DNA of 64,000 nucleotides from Candidatus Lustribacter sp. (GCA_965277805.1 OZ255842.1:2048001-2112000); one strand, 5' to 3'; positions 9,494 through 19,529 are shown, counted from the stretch's first letter. Numbers and translations: made by a program. The notes: generated from the sequence alone by a model not told the origin.

Positions 9494-10702
9494 CTAGTCT
9501 AGCGGGTACGTATCGCTCGGGAGCGGCGGTAGCCCAAGTTCGTCGCGGCCGGCAATTTGGAATGCCGGAGCCGTCCATGCGGCATGATGACCGATTGCGT
9601 GCATATCGCGCCAGTGGCGTTGGAGCGGTGAATCGCCGTGCAAGCCCCGTGCACCGCTCAGATCGAACAATCGGTCGACGGCCCGTTGCAGCAACTTGTG
9701 CGTCATGAGATAATCGCGCCGATGCCGTACGGCGTCGAGCCGCTTGATGTCTTTGCCTTCCATCACCGTCGCATTCAACTTCTCCGTGATGAGATAGGCC
9801 AGATCGATTTCGGCCTTCGATTCACCGATGGCAATCTGCATCTCGGGGCGATCGGCCGAGGCTCCGCCGAAGACATTACCGCGTTTCGCAGTGTATCCGA
9901 CGAACGATTCATACGCGCCGCGCGCGATGCCGTGCGTCGGCGACATGACGGGAAAGCCGGCGTTGACGATGAGCGGCGCGCGATACATTGGCCCCTCGTG
10001 CAAATTCTGACCGGGTGCGCGACCGACGAGCGCGTCTTCATGAGCGTAGGTAAACGCTTCCGGAACGAACGTGGGTTCCACGATGACGTCGTTGCTGCCC
10101 GACCCTCGCAGACCGGCGGAATTCCAAACGCGATCGATCTTGAACTGATCCGAGCGCAGCAAGAAATTCAGTTGCCGCCGAGTGCCGTCGACACCGGTTG
10201 CGAATCCGCCGAGGATCGCCCATTGGCAATAATCACCGCCGGACGCGAACGGCCAACGTCCCGTGAGCTCGTAACCGCCGTCGACAATCTTCACTTGGCC
10301 CGCCGGGTTGACGAACGAGGTCAAGATGACGGGATCGGGTTGGCGCTCGTAGACGAAGCACTGCGCTTCTTCGGGGAAGAGGCTGAGGAAGTATTGATGG
10401 GTCAAGAAAAATGCCATGACCCAACCGGTCGAACCGCAGAATCGGGCGACTTCGCTCACGCAATCGATGCCCGTCAGCCAATCGCCTTCGAAACCGCCGA
10501 ACCGCTTGGGCCGAAGCAGCGGCATCAGCCCCGAGTCGAGGATCGCCTGGACGTTTTCTTCCGGGAGACGGCGCAGCTCTTCCGCCGCGCCGGCGTTCTT
10601 TTCGGCAATCGGCGCAATCGTTTGAGCGCGCTCGATCGCCTCCTCGTGCGAGATCGTCATCCCATGGTAATTCGTGGCAACGCGCGGACCGGTTACAAAC
10701 AT
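9494..10702 (-). CDS. Acyl-CoA-dehydrogenase-fold two-component flavin monooxygenase (HsaA/C2-HpaH-like)
   Basis: GRWPFASG, WNSAGLRGSGSND, LQRHWRDMHAIGHH; GAAGGTGG SD. Confidence 0.88.
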   Translation of the reverse strand: MFVTGPRVATNYHGMTISHEEAIERAQTIAPIAEKNAGAAEELRRLPEENVQAILDSGLMPLLRPKRFGGFEGDWLTGIDCVSEVARFCGSTGWVMAFFLTHQYFLSLFPEEAQCFVYERQPDPVILTSFVNPAGQVKIVDGGYELTGRWPFASGGDYCQWAILGGFATGVDGTRRQLNFLLRSDQFKIDRVWNSAGLRGSGSNDVIVEPTFVPEAFTYAHEDALVGRAPGQNLHEGPMYRAPLIVNAGFPVMSPTHGIARGAYESFVGYTAKRGNVFGGASADRPEMQIAIGESKAEIDLAYLITEKLNATVMEGKDIKRLDAVRHRRDYLMTHKLLQRAVDRLFDLSGARGLHGDSPLQRHWRDMHAIGHHAAWTAPAFQIAGRDELGLPPLPSDTYPLD

Positions 10703-10740
10703 CAGACCACCTTCAGTGAGCCCTAAGGCATCATACCTTA

Positions 10741-10770
10741 CGTATATCGTAATCGATTACGTAGTGCAAG
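10741..10770 (-). promoter_or_regulatory. Promoter with operator palindrome CGTAATCGATTACG (10748-10761) in the -35/-10 spacer
   Basis: Minus strand TTGCAC-17 nt-TATACG; 29/30 identical to 12949-12978. Confidence 0.8.
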
Positions 10771-10831
10771 CCCTTTTTTTCCGGAATCTTCCCTATTGCG
10801 AAACTAATCGCTCTATGAGTAATATTAGACC

Positions 10832-12079
10832 GTGGCAACCAATACCGCCTCCGGCAAAGCGAAATTCCCCGTCGATGGGGTCCTCATGGACCGGCCGTTC
10901 AAAGTGCGCCGCCTCGGCCACTTCGGCTACAACTCCTATAAGATGGAAGAGGCGCTCCACTTTTACCGCGATTTGCTCGGGTACCGGATCACGGACGATC
11001 TCGACTTTTCGAAGACGATCCCGAAGCCTGGCCTCTTCGATGGCGTCCCCAGCGTCGGGTACTTCACGACCCACGGCACTGACCACCACTCGTTCGTCCT
11101 CTTCCCCCGCGCCGCGCTCGATCGGATGCAGACCGGAAGCGCCGGCGGCCACACGACCAACAGCGAGGTGACGACGAATCAGATCACGTGGCAGGTCGGT
11201 TCGTTAAGCGAAGTAAGCAATGGAATCGAATGGTTCCGCTCGCTCGGAATCGACCCTGGGCGCGTCGGCCGGGACGTGCCGGGCTCCAACTGGCACAGCT
11301 ATCCCTCCGATCCTGAAGGCCACACCAACGAGATCTACTACGGCATCGAGCAAATCGGCTGGAACCTTCGCTCGAAGCCGCGCGAAAATCGCCAGCGTGG
11401 ATTTCGCGTCAAGCCTGACTTACCGCAGATTTCCGAGTATCAAGAACTCGAGGCGTTTAAAGCAGACGGCGTCGACCTCGACAGCGGCTACACGCACGTC
11501 GAAAAGGGCCCGTTCACCTACGACGTCGGCGGCGTGTTACTCGCGCGGCCATTCAAGACGATCAAGATCGGCCCGGTGCGTCTCTTTATCGCCGATATGG
11601 AGAAGGCGCTCGACTTCTACACGCATGCTTTCGGCTTGCGAATCACCGAAGAGGTCGTCTACAACGGGCATCGTTGCGTTTTCTTGCGCTGCAACACCGA
11701 GCATCACTCGCTCGCACTCTACCCGATCGCGCTGCGCGAAGAACTCGGCCTCTCGCCGCACACGACGTGCATGAGCTTCGGCAATCAAGTCGGCGGTTAC
11801 GGCCAGCTGCGCAATGCGATCGACTATCTCAAAAGCAACAGCGTAACGATAAAATACTTACCGCCGGAACTCTTCCCGGGCATCGATTACAGCGCGTTTG
11901 CCGTAGATCCCGACAATCATCTCGTGCAGCTCTACTATTACATGGAGCAGGTCGGTTGGGACGGCCGAGTCCGTTCGAGCTCCGAGCGGCCGAAAGTCGA
12001 CAACGCGAACTGGCCGAATGCCGTCTCCGCGATGTCCGACACCTACGATGGCGAGACGCTGTTAGGCCCCCTCGGCTGA
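10832..12079 (+). CDS. Two-domain VOC-family protein (extradiol dioxygenase-like, atypical)
   Basis: Internal duplication (RPFKVRRLGH / RPFKTIKIGP; DHHSF / EHHSL; DPEGH..EIYY / DPDNH..QLYY). Confidence 0.8.
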   Translation: MATNTASGKAKFPVDGVLMDRPFKVRRLGHFGYNSYKMEEALHFYRDLLGYRITDDLDFSKTIPKPGLFDGVPSVGYFTTHGTDHHSFVLFPRAALDRMQTGSAGGHTTNSEVTTNQITWQVGSLSEVSNGIEWFRSLGIDPGRVGRDVPGSNWHSYPSDPEGHTNEIYYGIEQIGWNLRSKPRENRQRGFRVKPDLPQISEYQELEAFKADGVDLDSGYTHVEKGPFTYDVGGVLLARPFKTIKIGPVRLFIADMEKALDFYTHAFGLRITEEVVYNGHRCVFLRCNTEHHSLALYPIALREELGLSPHTTCMSFGNQVGGYGQLRNAIDYLKSNSVTIKYLPPELFPGIDYSAFAVDPDNHLVQLYYYMEQVGWDGRVRSSSERPKVDNANWPNAVSAMSDTYDGETLLGPLG

Positions 12080-12892
12080 ACGCGGCTTAAACCCCAAACG
12101 CTGCGAAAGCTCGGCCGCCTTCGCCATCGCCTGTTCTGCCAAAGCCCCGCCGATCTTGAAATCATGCTGGTCCGTTTGGCCCGTCATCGTAATCGTGTAA
12201 ACGATGTTGCCGGTGTGGTCGAACACCGGCACGGCGAGACCGCTCATACCCGACACCACGAGATTGTAGGCCGTGCTTATGCCGTCACGCCGCGTGTCGC
12301 TGATGATTTTTTCGACGTCGTCGTTCGAGAGCGTGTCGTACGACAATTCGGCGGCCAGAGTGCGGGCGGTGCGTTCGCGCGGCAGGTAGGCGAGGAACAC
12401 GCGCCCGGACGCCGAGCGCAGTAGCGTCAGGCGCGATGCCAGCCGTACGCCCGTAAAGATAACGCCGATGCCGAATTCCACTGCCGTCACGACGACGGTT
12501 TCGTTGACCCAGGCCGCCGTGCAACACGTGACGCCCGTTTGCAGCGCCAGGTCGGTCACCGCTTGCCGGGCCGTGCCGTCCTGGTCGACCATGCCGAGCG
12601 CGGCCAATCCGAGTTCCACTGCCAAAGGTCCGAGGACGTAATAGCGCGACCCGGAAACGCGCTCGATCAGCCCCGCTCGAATTAGGCTTACAAGGTAACG
12701 GTGCGCTTTGGGCGGGGCGAGTCCCGCGGCTTGGGCGATCGCCTTGAGCGGCAACGGCCGGCCCGCGTTGACGAGCGGCCGGATCAGGGCCAAGCCGACC
12801 TCAACGGACTGAACGCCGGCGCTTTCGGTCTTACTTTCCGGGATCAACTCAGTCGGCGCTCCCTTGTCCCGAAGCGCGGCGCGCGGTGGCAT
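12062..12892 (-). CDS. IclR-family transcriptional regulator
   Basis: GVQSVEVG HTH, KAHRYLVSL, SASGRVFLA, LAVPVFD. Confidence 0.92.
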   Translation of the reverse strand: MPPRAALRDKGAPTELIPESKTESAGVQSVEVGLALIRPLVNAGRPLPLKAIAQAAGLAPPKAHRYLVSLIRAGLIERVSGSRYYVLGPLAVELGLAALGMVDQDGTARQAVTDLALQTGVTCCTAAWVNETVVVTAVEFGIGVIFTGVRLASRLTLLRSASGRVFLAYLPRERTARTLAAELSYDTLSNDDVEKIISDTRRDGISTAYNLVVSGMSGLAVPVFDHTGNIVYTITMTGQTDQHDFKIGGALAEQAMAKAAELSQRLGFKPRSAEGA

Positions 12893-12948
12893 GCGCAACA
12901 AATTGCACGATAACGACCCGGTTCCCCGCGCGACTGACGGACAAAGCA

Positions 12949-12978
12949 CTTGCAATACGTAATCGATTACGATATACG
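12949..12978 (+). promoter_or_regulatory. Promoter with operator palindrome CGTAATCGATTACG (12958-12971); probably drives a leaderless mRNA
   Basis: TTGCAA (12950-55)-17 nt-TATACG (12973-78); GTG start follows at 12985 with no SD. Confidence 0.8.
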
Positions 12979-12984
12979 ATATAC

Positions 12985-13860
12985 GTGGGTTATCGCTCCA
13001 TGCTGTTTGTTCCCGGTGATCGCCCCGAGCGAATGGATCGAGCCATGCAATCCGGTGCCGACGCCGTCGTCTTCGACCTCGAGGACTCCGTAACGCCGGA
13101 ACGGCACGCCGCAGCGCGCGAAACGGTCCAGTCCAAGATCGGCGGCACGGGCGTGGACCGCTGGGTACGCATCCTCGCCTTCGGTTCGGAGGACGCCGAC
13201 CTCGATCTGCGCGCCGCCGTCCGGCCGGGCCTCACCGGCGTCATCCTGCCGGGCGTCCGCGATCCCGGCACCGTGCGGTCTGCGGCTGCGCGGATCGCCG
13301 AACTTGAATCAGCCGGCGGGGTCGACGCTGATTCTATTCGTCTCCTTCCGCTGATCGAGAGCGCTCTCGGTCTGCATCGAGCCTTCGATATTTTCGCGGC
13401 CAGTTCGCGCGTCAGCGTCGGTGCCTTCGCTGGCGCACCCGGCGGCGATTTATGTGCCGACCTAGGGGCGCAGCCGGTGCCCGGCGGTGTCGAGTTACTT
13501 CACGCGCGTTCGCACCTCGTGCTCGAAGCGCGCGCAGCCGGAATGGAATCTGTGATCGACAGCGTGTGGGTCGATATGGAAGACGGCGCCGGACTGGAAG
13601 CCGACAGCCGCCTCGGACGCCGGCTCGGATTTACCGGCCGATTTGCCATCCACCCCAAACAAATTGCTGCGCTTCACGCTGCGTATAGCCCGACCGAGGC
13701 GGAGATCGACGATGCGCATGCCGTTGTATCGGCCTACGAAGCCGGCCGCGCGGAAGGTCGCGGTGCGATCCGGCACCGCGGCCGCCTCGTCGATCGCGCG
13801 ATGGCAATTGCCGCAGAACGCTTACTCGCCTCAATTCGCACGGAGTCTACGCAGCGATGA
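12985..13860 (+). CDS. CitE/malyl-CoA-lyase-like CoA-ester lyase (HpcH/HpaI family)
   Basis: RSMLFVPGDRP, FDLEDSV, LIESALG, AIHPKQ. Confidence 0.9.
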   Translation: MGYRSMLFVPGDRPERMDRAMQSGADAVVFDLEDSVTPERHAAARETVQSKIGGTGVDRWVRILAFGSEDADLDLRAAVRPGLTGVILPGVRDPGTVRSAAARIAELESAGGVDADSIRLLPLIESALGLHRAFDIFAASSRVSVGAFAGAPGGDLCADLGAQPVPGGVELLHARSHLVLEARAAGMESVIDSVWVDMEDGAGLEADSRLGRRLGFTGRFAIHPKQIAALHAAYSPTEAEIDDAHAVVSAYEAGRAEGRGAIRHRGRLVDRAMAIAAERLLASIRTESTQR

Positions 13861-15059
13861 AACCCTCACAGTCGCTGAGCGGCATTCGCGTCCTGGATGC
13901 GGGGCAAGTCGTCTCAGGTCCGTTCATCGGCCAGTTGCTCGGCGACTTCGGCGCCGATGTGATCAAGATCGAGCACCCCGAGGGCGGCGATCCCTATCGT
14001 CGCTTCGGGCCAAGCCGTGACGGCGTGCCCCTTGGCTGGCTCTCGATGGCCCGCAATAAGCGATCGCTTTCGCTGGATCTGGCTAAACCCGAGGGAGCCG
14101 GCATTTTCCGCGAACTGGTTGCGACCGCAGACGTCGTGATCATGAGCTTTCGCCCGTCGACGCTCGAGCGGTATGGTCTGCGTTACGAGGATCTCTGCGC
14201 GATCAACCCGCGCATCGTGCTCGTGCTCGTTTCCGGCTTCGGACAGACGGGGCCGTACCGCGATCGCGCCGGCTTCGGCACGTTGGCGGAAGCGATGAGC
14301 GGTTATGCCGCGATGAACGGCGAGGCCGACGGGCCGCCGATTCTGCCCCAGTTCGCGCTTGCCGACAGCGTCGCCGCACTGTACGGCGCTTTTGGGGTGC
14401 TGAATGCGCTCTACTGGCGTGACGCGCTCGGATCGGGCGTCGGGCAGCTGGTCGACGTCAGCTTGATCGAACCGCTGTTCTCGCTGCTCGGCCCGATCGC
14501 GACCTACTACGACCAGCTCGGCGAAGTCCCGCAGCGGCTCGGCAGCCGTAACATCTTCAACGCACCGCGCAACGTGTACCGCGCCAAAGACGGCGGCTAT
14601 GTCGCCATCGCCGCATCCGTCCAGGAGATCGCGCGCCGTTGTTTTGCGGCCATTGGGCAGCCCGAGCTCATCGACGACGAGCGTTTCTCGACCGCTCGCG
14701 CACGCGTCGCAAATGTCGATGCGGTCGATGCGATCGTCGGCGCATGGGTCGGCGAGCGAACGCGCGATGAAGCCATTCAGATCTTGCTCGACGCGCAAGT
14801 TGCGGCCGCTCCCGTAATGGATATCGCCGACTTGGCGCGCGATCCGCACGTAGCTGCGCGCAACATGATCGCTGAAGTTCCGAATGCGCGCCTGGGTCCG
14901 GTGCGCATGCACGGCGTCGTGCCGGTGCTCTCGCGGACGCCGGGCGCAATTCGTTCCGGCGGTCCTGAAATCGGCGAACACACCGATGACATTCTGCGCG
15001 AGCTTCTCGACGTCAGCGACGAGCGGCTCGCCGCGCTGCGGGCAGCCAAGGTTATCTAG
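13857..15059 (+). CDS. Family III CoA transferase (CaiB/BaiF)
   Basis: LSGIRVLD, GADVIKIEHP, RNKRSLSLDL, SGFGQTGPY, ALADSVAA. Confidence 0.93.
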   Translation: MKPSQSLSGIRVLDAGQVVSGPFIGQLLGDFGADVIKIEHPEGGDPYRRFGPSRDGVPLGWLSMARNKRSLSLDLAKPEGAGIFRELVATADVVIMSFRPSTLERYGLRYEDLCAINPRIVLVLVSGFGQTGPYRDRAGFGTLAEAMSGYAAMNGEADGPPILPQFALADSVAALYGAFGVLNALYWRDALGSGVGQLVDVSLIEPLFSLLGPIATYYDQLGEVPQRLGSRNIFNAPRNVYRAKDGGYVAIAASVQEIARRCFAAIGQPELIDDERFSTARARVANVDAVDAIVGAWVGERTRDEAIQILLDAQVAAAPVMDIADLARDPHVAARNMIAEVPNARLGPVRMHGVVPVLSRTPGAIRSGGPEIGEHTDDILRELLDVSDERLAALRAAKVI

Positions 15060-15061
15060 TA

Positions 15062-16642
15062 ATGGAAGGAAACCAGATGGAGCCCTATGACGTTGCAATC
15101 GTCGGCTACGGCCCGGTCGGTCAAAGCCTCGCGCTAGCGCTCGGCCGGCGTGGATACCGCGTCGTCGTTTTCGAACGTCACAAAGCGCTTTACGGTCAAG
15201 CCCGCGCCGGACACATCGACGGCGAGGTGATGCGCATTTTCCAGGGGCTCGGCGTCGCAGGCGAACTCGAACCGCTGATTTCCCCCGTAAACCGCTATGA
15301 AATGGTCGGTGCGAATTGGGAAGTGCTGCAACGCATCAACGCCGGCATCGCGACCGCCGGTTGGCGCAACAACTACCTGTTCTACCAGCCGGACGTTGAA
15401 GACATCCTCGACCGGGCCATCCGCGCACTGCCCGTGGTTACGGTCCGTCAAGGCTGCGAAGTGACCGCAATTGCGACCGAAGACGCCTCGGTCTCGATTT
15501 CAACGGTCGACCGTACGTCCGGTTCGCTCGAACACCACATTGCACGGTATCTGGTTGGAGCCGACGGAGCGCGCAGCCTCGTGCGCGAAGCGATGAACTT
15601 CACGACGACCGACCTCGGTCTCGCCCCAATCAATTTCTTGGTCGTCGACATCAAACAACACGACCCGACCGCGTCGATTCCCCGTATGGGCGAGCTGCGC
15701 CAAGTGCTCGATCCGAAGCGCCCTCGCCATGCATCGCGTTGGAACGGCCCGCTGCATTCGCGCACGGAGTTCATGCTCTTGCCAGGTGAAACGCCGGAGG
15801 AAATGTCGACTCCGGAGCGCTGCTGGGAACTGCTCAAGCAGTATTGGGACATCGACGCCGACAGCGGGGAACTGGTTCGCCACGCGGTCTACACATTCGA
15901 GACGAAGCTGGCCGACCAGTGGCGCCGCGGACCCGTCTTTCTAGCCGGCGACGCGGCGCATATCATGCCGCCGTTTCTCGGGCAAGGCATGTGTTCGGGC
16001 TTGCGCGACGTCGTGAACCTGGCGTGGCGGCTCGATCTGGTCTTGCGCGGACAGTGTCGCGAGAACGTGCTGGAAGCGTATGAGACGGAACGCCGGCCGC
16101 ACGTAAAAGGCATCATCGAAGGCTCGGCGGTCATCGCCGAGGAGTGCAACGTCCTCGATCCTGAAGCGGCCCGTTGGCGCGACGACGCGTTGCGCGCCCG
16201 GCCGGCCGACCACTCGTTCGAGCGCAGACTCATCGCAGGCACTCTTTCCTCCGCGTCGCCGCTCGCCGGACAACCCTTCCTTCAGGGCCGCGTCCACGAT
16301 GACGGCCGCACGGCATTACTCGACGATATTCTCGGTCACGGGTGGCGGCTGATAACGCAACGCCAGATTCCTGATGATGCGCTCGACGCGGGTGCTCGGC
16401 GCGTGCTCGATGCACTCGACGCGAAGGTCGTGCTGATCAGCCGCGGACGCGTTCCGGGCGGCTACCTCGATCTCGATGCGACCTACGACCAGTGGTTCTA
16501 TGCCACCGGAATGCAGTTCGCGCTTGAACGTCCCGACCATTACCTCTTCGGAGCGGGATCTTTTGCGCAACTAGCGGAGATGCTTGACGACCTTGGCCGC
16601 CAGACATTTGCGTTACCGAGGCATGCCGAAACCGTAAGCTAA
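15062..16642 (+). CDS. MhpA-like FAD-dependent aromatic hydroxylase
   Basis: VGYGPVG, FYQPDVE, GADGARS, GDAAHIMPPFLGQGMCSGLRD, RPDHY. Confidence 0.9.
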   Translation: MEGNQMEPYDVAIVGYGPVGQSLALALGRRGYRVVVFERHKALYGQARAGHIDGEVMRIFQGLGVAGELEPLISPVNRYEMVGANWEVLQRINAGIATAGWRNNYLFYQPDVEDILDRAIRALPVVTVRQGCEVTAIATEDASVSISTVDRTSGSLEHHIARYLVGADGARSLVREAMNFTTTDLGLAPINFLVVDIKQHDPTASIPRMGELRQVLDPKRPRHASRWNGPLHSRTEFMLLPGETPEEMSTPERCWELLKQYWDIDADSGELVRHAVYTFETKLADQWRRGPVFLAGDAAHIMPPFLGQGMCSGLRDVVNLAWRLDLVLRGQCRENVLEAYETERRPHVKGIIEGSAVIAEECNVLDPEAARWRDDALRARPADHSFERRLIAGTLSSASPLAGQPFLQGRVHDDGRTALLDDILGHGWRLITQRQIPDDALDAGARRVLDALDAKVVLISRGRVPGGYLDLDATYDQWFYATGMQFALERPDHYLFGAGSFAQLAEMLDDLGRQTFALPRHAETVS

Positions 16643-16649
16643 AAGCTCG

Positions 16650-17645
16650 ATGAACATGAACGCGCCGCACGCCGTCGATTGCCATCATCATTTCGTTCCG
16701 GCCGAGCTCTTCGCGAATCTCGAACGATACACCGCGCCTGGTATCACCATATCGAGAGGTTCGGACTATATCGATTTCGGCTACGGCGACCAAATCACGC
16801 GGATGTCGAACGTTTTTTCCGACTTGCCCGCCCAAGTACGCGACCTCGACGCGGCCGGAATAAAAACCGCCATTTTATCGGCAAGCATCCTGCAGTCGTG
16901 GCTCAATCTCGATGGCGCAAAACTCTATAATTTAGAGCTCGCCGCGGCGCAACAACGATATCCGCAACGCTTTCTCGGGCTCGCGCACGTTCCACCGTTC
17001 GGCGAGCCGGGGAATCTTGCCGAACTCGAGCGAGCCATCAAAGATTACAAGCTGGCCGGCGTTTGTATCACATCGTCGTTCCGCGGGCGTTATCCCGATG
17101 ATGAATTATACGAGCCGTTCTACGCGACCGTAAATCGGCTGAACGTCCCCATTTTCGTTCATGCCGCACTCTGCCCGATCGATGCGCCGCAGCTCGAGTC
17201 CTACAAGCTTGGCGAGACCCTTGGCCGCGCATTGGATCACACGCTGGTCACGGCGCGAGTGCTCTACAGCGGCGTGCTGGAACGCCATCCAAATGTGCAG
17301 TTCCTCATGGGACATTTGGGTGGAATGTTCTACGGAATGACCGACCGGTTGATGGTCCAAGCGCCGAACCGCCCGGGTGGTGCGGTTCCAAGACGGGATT
17401 ACGCCGCCCAAATGAAACGCATTTGGTACGACACCGCGCCTTCCGTTTGGAACGGCGCTTATGAAATCGAACACGCGACAAAAACGCTCGGGGTGAATCA
17501 ACTCTGTTTCGGATCAGATTATCCGATCGGCGAGCCGAAGATGGCGATGATCAACGCGTTAGGAGCACTCCGAAGAGTTCCCCTAACGTATTCAGATCTC
17601 CGCAAGATTGAGTCGGGAAACGCCGCGCAGCTCTTCCGCATGTAA
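16650..17645 (+). CDS. Amidohydrolase_2 family (ACMSD-like decarboxylase/hydratase)
   Basis: DCHHH, FVHA, GHLGG, GSDYP. Confidence 0.88.
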   Translation: MNMNAPHAVDCHHHFVPAELFANLERYTAPGITISRGSDYIDFGYGDQITRMSNVFSDLPAQVRDLDAAGIKTAILSASILQSWLNLDGAKLYNLELAAAQQRYPQRFLGLAHVPPFGEPGNLAELERAIKDYKLAGVCITSSFRGRYPDDELYEPFYATVNRLNVPIFVHAALCPIDAPQLESYKLGETLGRALDHTLVTARVLYSGVLERHPNVQFLMGHLGGMFYGMTDRLMVQAPNRPGGAVPRRDYAAQMKRIWYDTAPSVWNGAYEIEHATKTLGVNQLCFGSDYPIGEPKMAMINALGALRRVPLTYSDLRKIESGNAAQLFRM

Positions 17646-17649
17646 GGGA

Positions 17650-18453
17650 TCACGCCGGCTTCCGTTTTTCAAGTTCCTTTAGGATCGGACGGATCTCGGC
17701 AGCGAACGTCGCCGGATCGGTCGTGTACGCGATATGGTTGCCGGACAACGTATAGACCGGACAACCAACGCCCGCGGCTACGGCGTCCGCCGAACGCGCG
17801 TAAAAGGCCCCTTCGCTGAGCTTACCCTTACTCGCGACGAGGTTGATGCCGTTGCGCTTGATCCGATCGAAGTCCGGCCAATAGTAACAGAGGCTCATAT
17901 GTTCGTTCGCGAGGAAGAAGTCTGCGTCATCGCCCTGCGGCCGCGGAGGGCCGCTGCCAGCGGCCATGCCGACCATATTACTCGCGAGCAATTTGCCGGC
18001 GGCACCGGCTCCCTCACGGCAATAGAGGTCGTCAACCTTGCGGTTGAACTGCATTAGGGCATCGCGATCGTCGAGAGCGCAGATCGTTATCGGTTCGTGA
18101 ACGATCATGCCGAGCACGACTTCCGGGTAACGTTCGGCGACTTTCAGCGCGATCGCGGCGCCCGCGCTATTGCCAAGAATGTAGGCTTGGCGCGCCCCTA
18201 AGTCGCGAAGTACGGCGACGGCGTCGGAAGCCTGTTGCGTTAGATCCATCGGCCGGCTGTTGTCGCCGGTGCTGCGTCCACAACACCTGCGATCGTAGCG
18301 CACCACGGTATAGTCGGTTTTGAGGATGTCAGAAAGGCCGGCATATCGCCCGCCCGTCCCGCCGCGAGCGGCAATGGTGAGCAATACTGCCCCGGCGCCT
18401 TCGTAGTCGTAGACGATATCGGCGCCGTCGGTGGTTACCGTGCTGGTTTGCAT
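17650..18453 (-). CDS. Alpha/beta hydrolase
   Basis: YDRRCCGRS, GNSAG nucleophile elbow, C-terminal GNH. Confidence 0.85.
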   Translation of the reverse strand: MQTSTVTTDGADIVYDYEGAGAVLLTIAARGGTGGRYAGLSDILKTDYTVVRYDRRCCGRSTGDNSRPMDLTQQASDAVAVLRDLGARQAYILGNSAGAAIALKVAERYPEVVLGMIVHEPITICALDDRDALMQFNRKVDDLYCREGAGAAGKLLASNMVGMAAGSGPPRPQGDDADFFLANEHMSLCYYWPDFDRIKRNGINLVASKGKLSEGAFYARSADAVAAGVGCPVYTLSGNHIAYTTDPATFAAEIRPILKELEKRKPA

Positions 18454-19382
18454 TACGAAGCGATCGTGTACGCGGCGGCCGCGTCGGCGACGATCGGATT
18501 GCGAAGAATTCCGAGGCCCGTGATCTCGACTTCGCAGATATCTCCGGCGCGCATGTGAACTGCACCCGGAACGCCGAGCGGGCCGTGACCGGTGCCGGCG
18601 GGAGCAGCCGCCGGTGCGGCATCCTCACTTGGCAGAGCACCGGGAGTTCCCATGAAGATGAGATCTCCCGGGAGAACGGTCGACCCTTCGGAGATGTAAC
18701 TGATCACCTGCTCCACTCCGAACCGCATGTCGGATAGCGACGAGCGCTGTCGCGTCTTGCCGTTCAAGCGCGTCTGAACGTCGGCTTTTGCGACGTCGCC
18801 GAACTCCTCCGGCGTCATCAGCCACGGACCGTAACTGCCGGAGCGCTCGAAGTTTTTCCCGAGGCCAAACTGCCGGTTATGCGTCTGATACTCACGCACG
18901 GAGCCTTCGTTTCCGACCGTAAAGCCGGCGACATGGTCGAGCGCCCTCTCCGGTGGTATATGCCGGCCGGCGCGGCCGATAACGACAACCAGCTCGCCTT
19001 CGTAATCGAAGCGCCGCGATATGCTCTCGGGCGGGGCGAGGAGGGCCCGGCCCGCACCGACGAGCGAGAGCGGCGTGCGGAGGAAGAGATGCGGATAGCG
19101 ATCTGATGTCGTGAGTCCCGTCTCCGCGATGTGCGCCTCAAAGTTTAGCGCGAGGGCCCAAATGGCGTTCGGCCGGCGCACCAGAGGTACCATTTCTATG
19201 TCTGTTATACGTCCGGTCGGTTGCCGGCCTCGGATGGATCGTTCGAGCGAAGCCAGCCCGGAAGTGTCCGCGAGGATGCTCTGGAGATCCGATACGCCGT
19301 GCGCTACTTCGATGAATTCTTCGTCGGAGGTCATGACGCCGAGCCGCTCGGCGCCTCCAGCTGTGAAGGCAATGACTCTCAT
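18453..19382 (-). CDS. Fumarylacetoacetate hydrolase-family protein
   Basis: LNFEAH, DYEGELVVVIG, NEGSVR, GKNF, PGDLIFMGTP. Confidence 0.92.
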   Translation of the reverse strand: MRVIAFTAGGAERLGVMTSDEEFIEVAHGVSDLQSILADTSGLASLERSIRGRQPTGRITDIEMVPLVRRPNAIWALALNFEAHIAETGLTTSDRYPHLFLRTPLSLVGAGRALLAPPESISRRFDYEGELVVVIGRAGRHIPPERALDHVAGFTVGNEGSVREYQTHNRQFGLGKNFERSGSYGPWLMTPEEFGDVAKADVQTRLNGKTRQRSSLSDMRFGVEQVISYISEGSTVLPGDLIFMGTPGALPSEDAAPAAAPAGTGHGPLGVPGAVHMRAGDICEVEITGLGILRNPIVADAAAAYTIAS

Positions 19383-19529
19383 GATGATTCCGTCCGCTTC
19401 CCATTACGTCATAACCCAGCCGTCACGACAAACCGCAACGCTGGAGGACAGTTATTCCTCTATACGTAACGAAGCATGAAATACGTAATCAACCAGAAAT
19501 TGCCCTGCCGCCGACTGGAGTCTCGTTTC

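Noticed and set aside
10741-12978. 30-bp inverted repeats as IS ends or an invertible segment
   Set aside because: No transposase or recombinase is present, and the repeat is fully explained as -35/operator/-10
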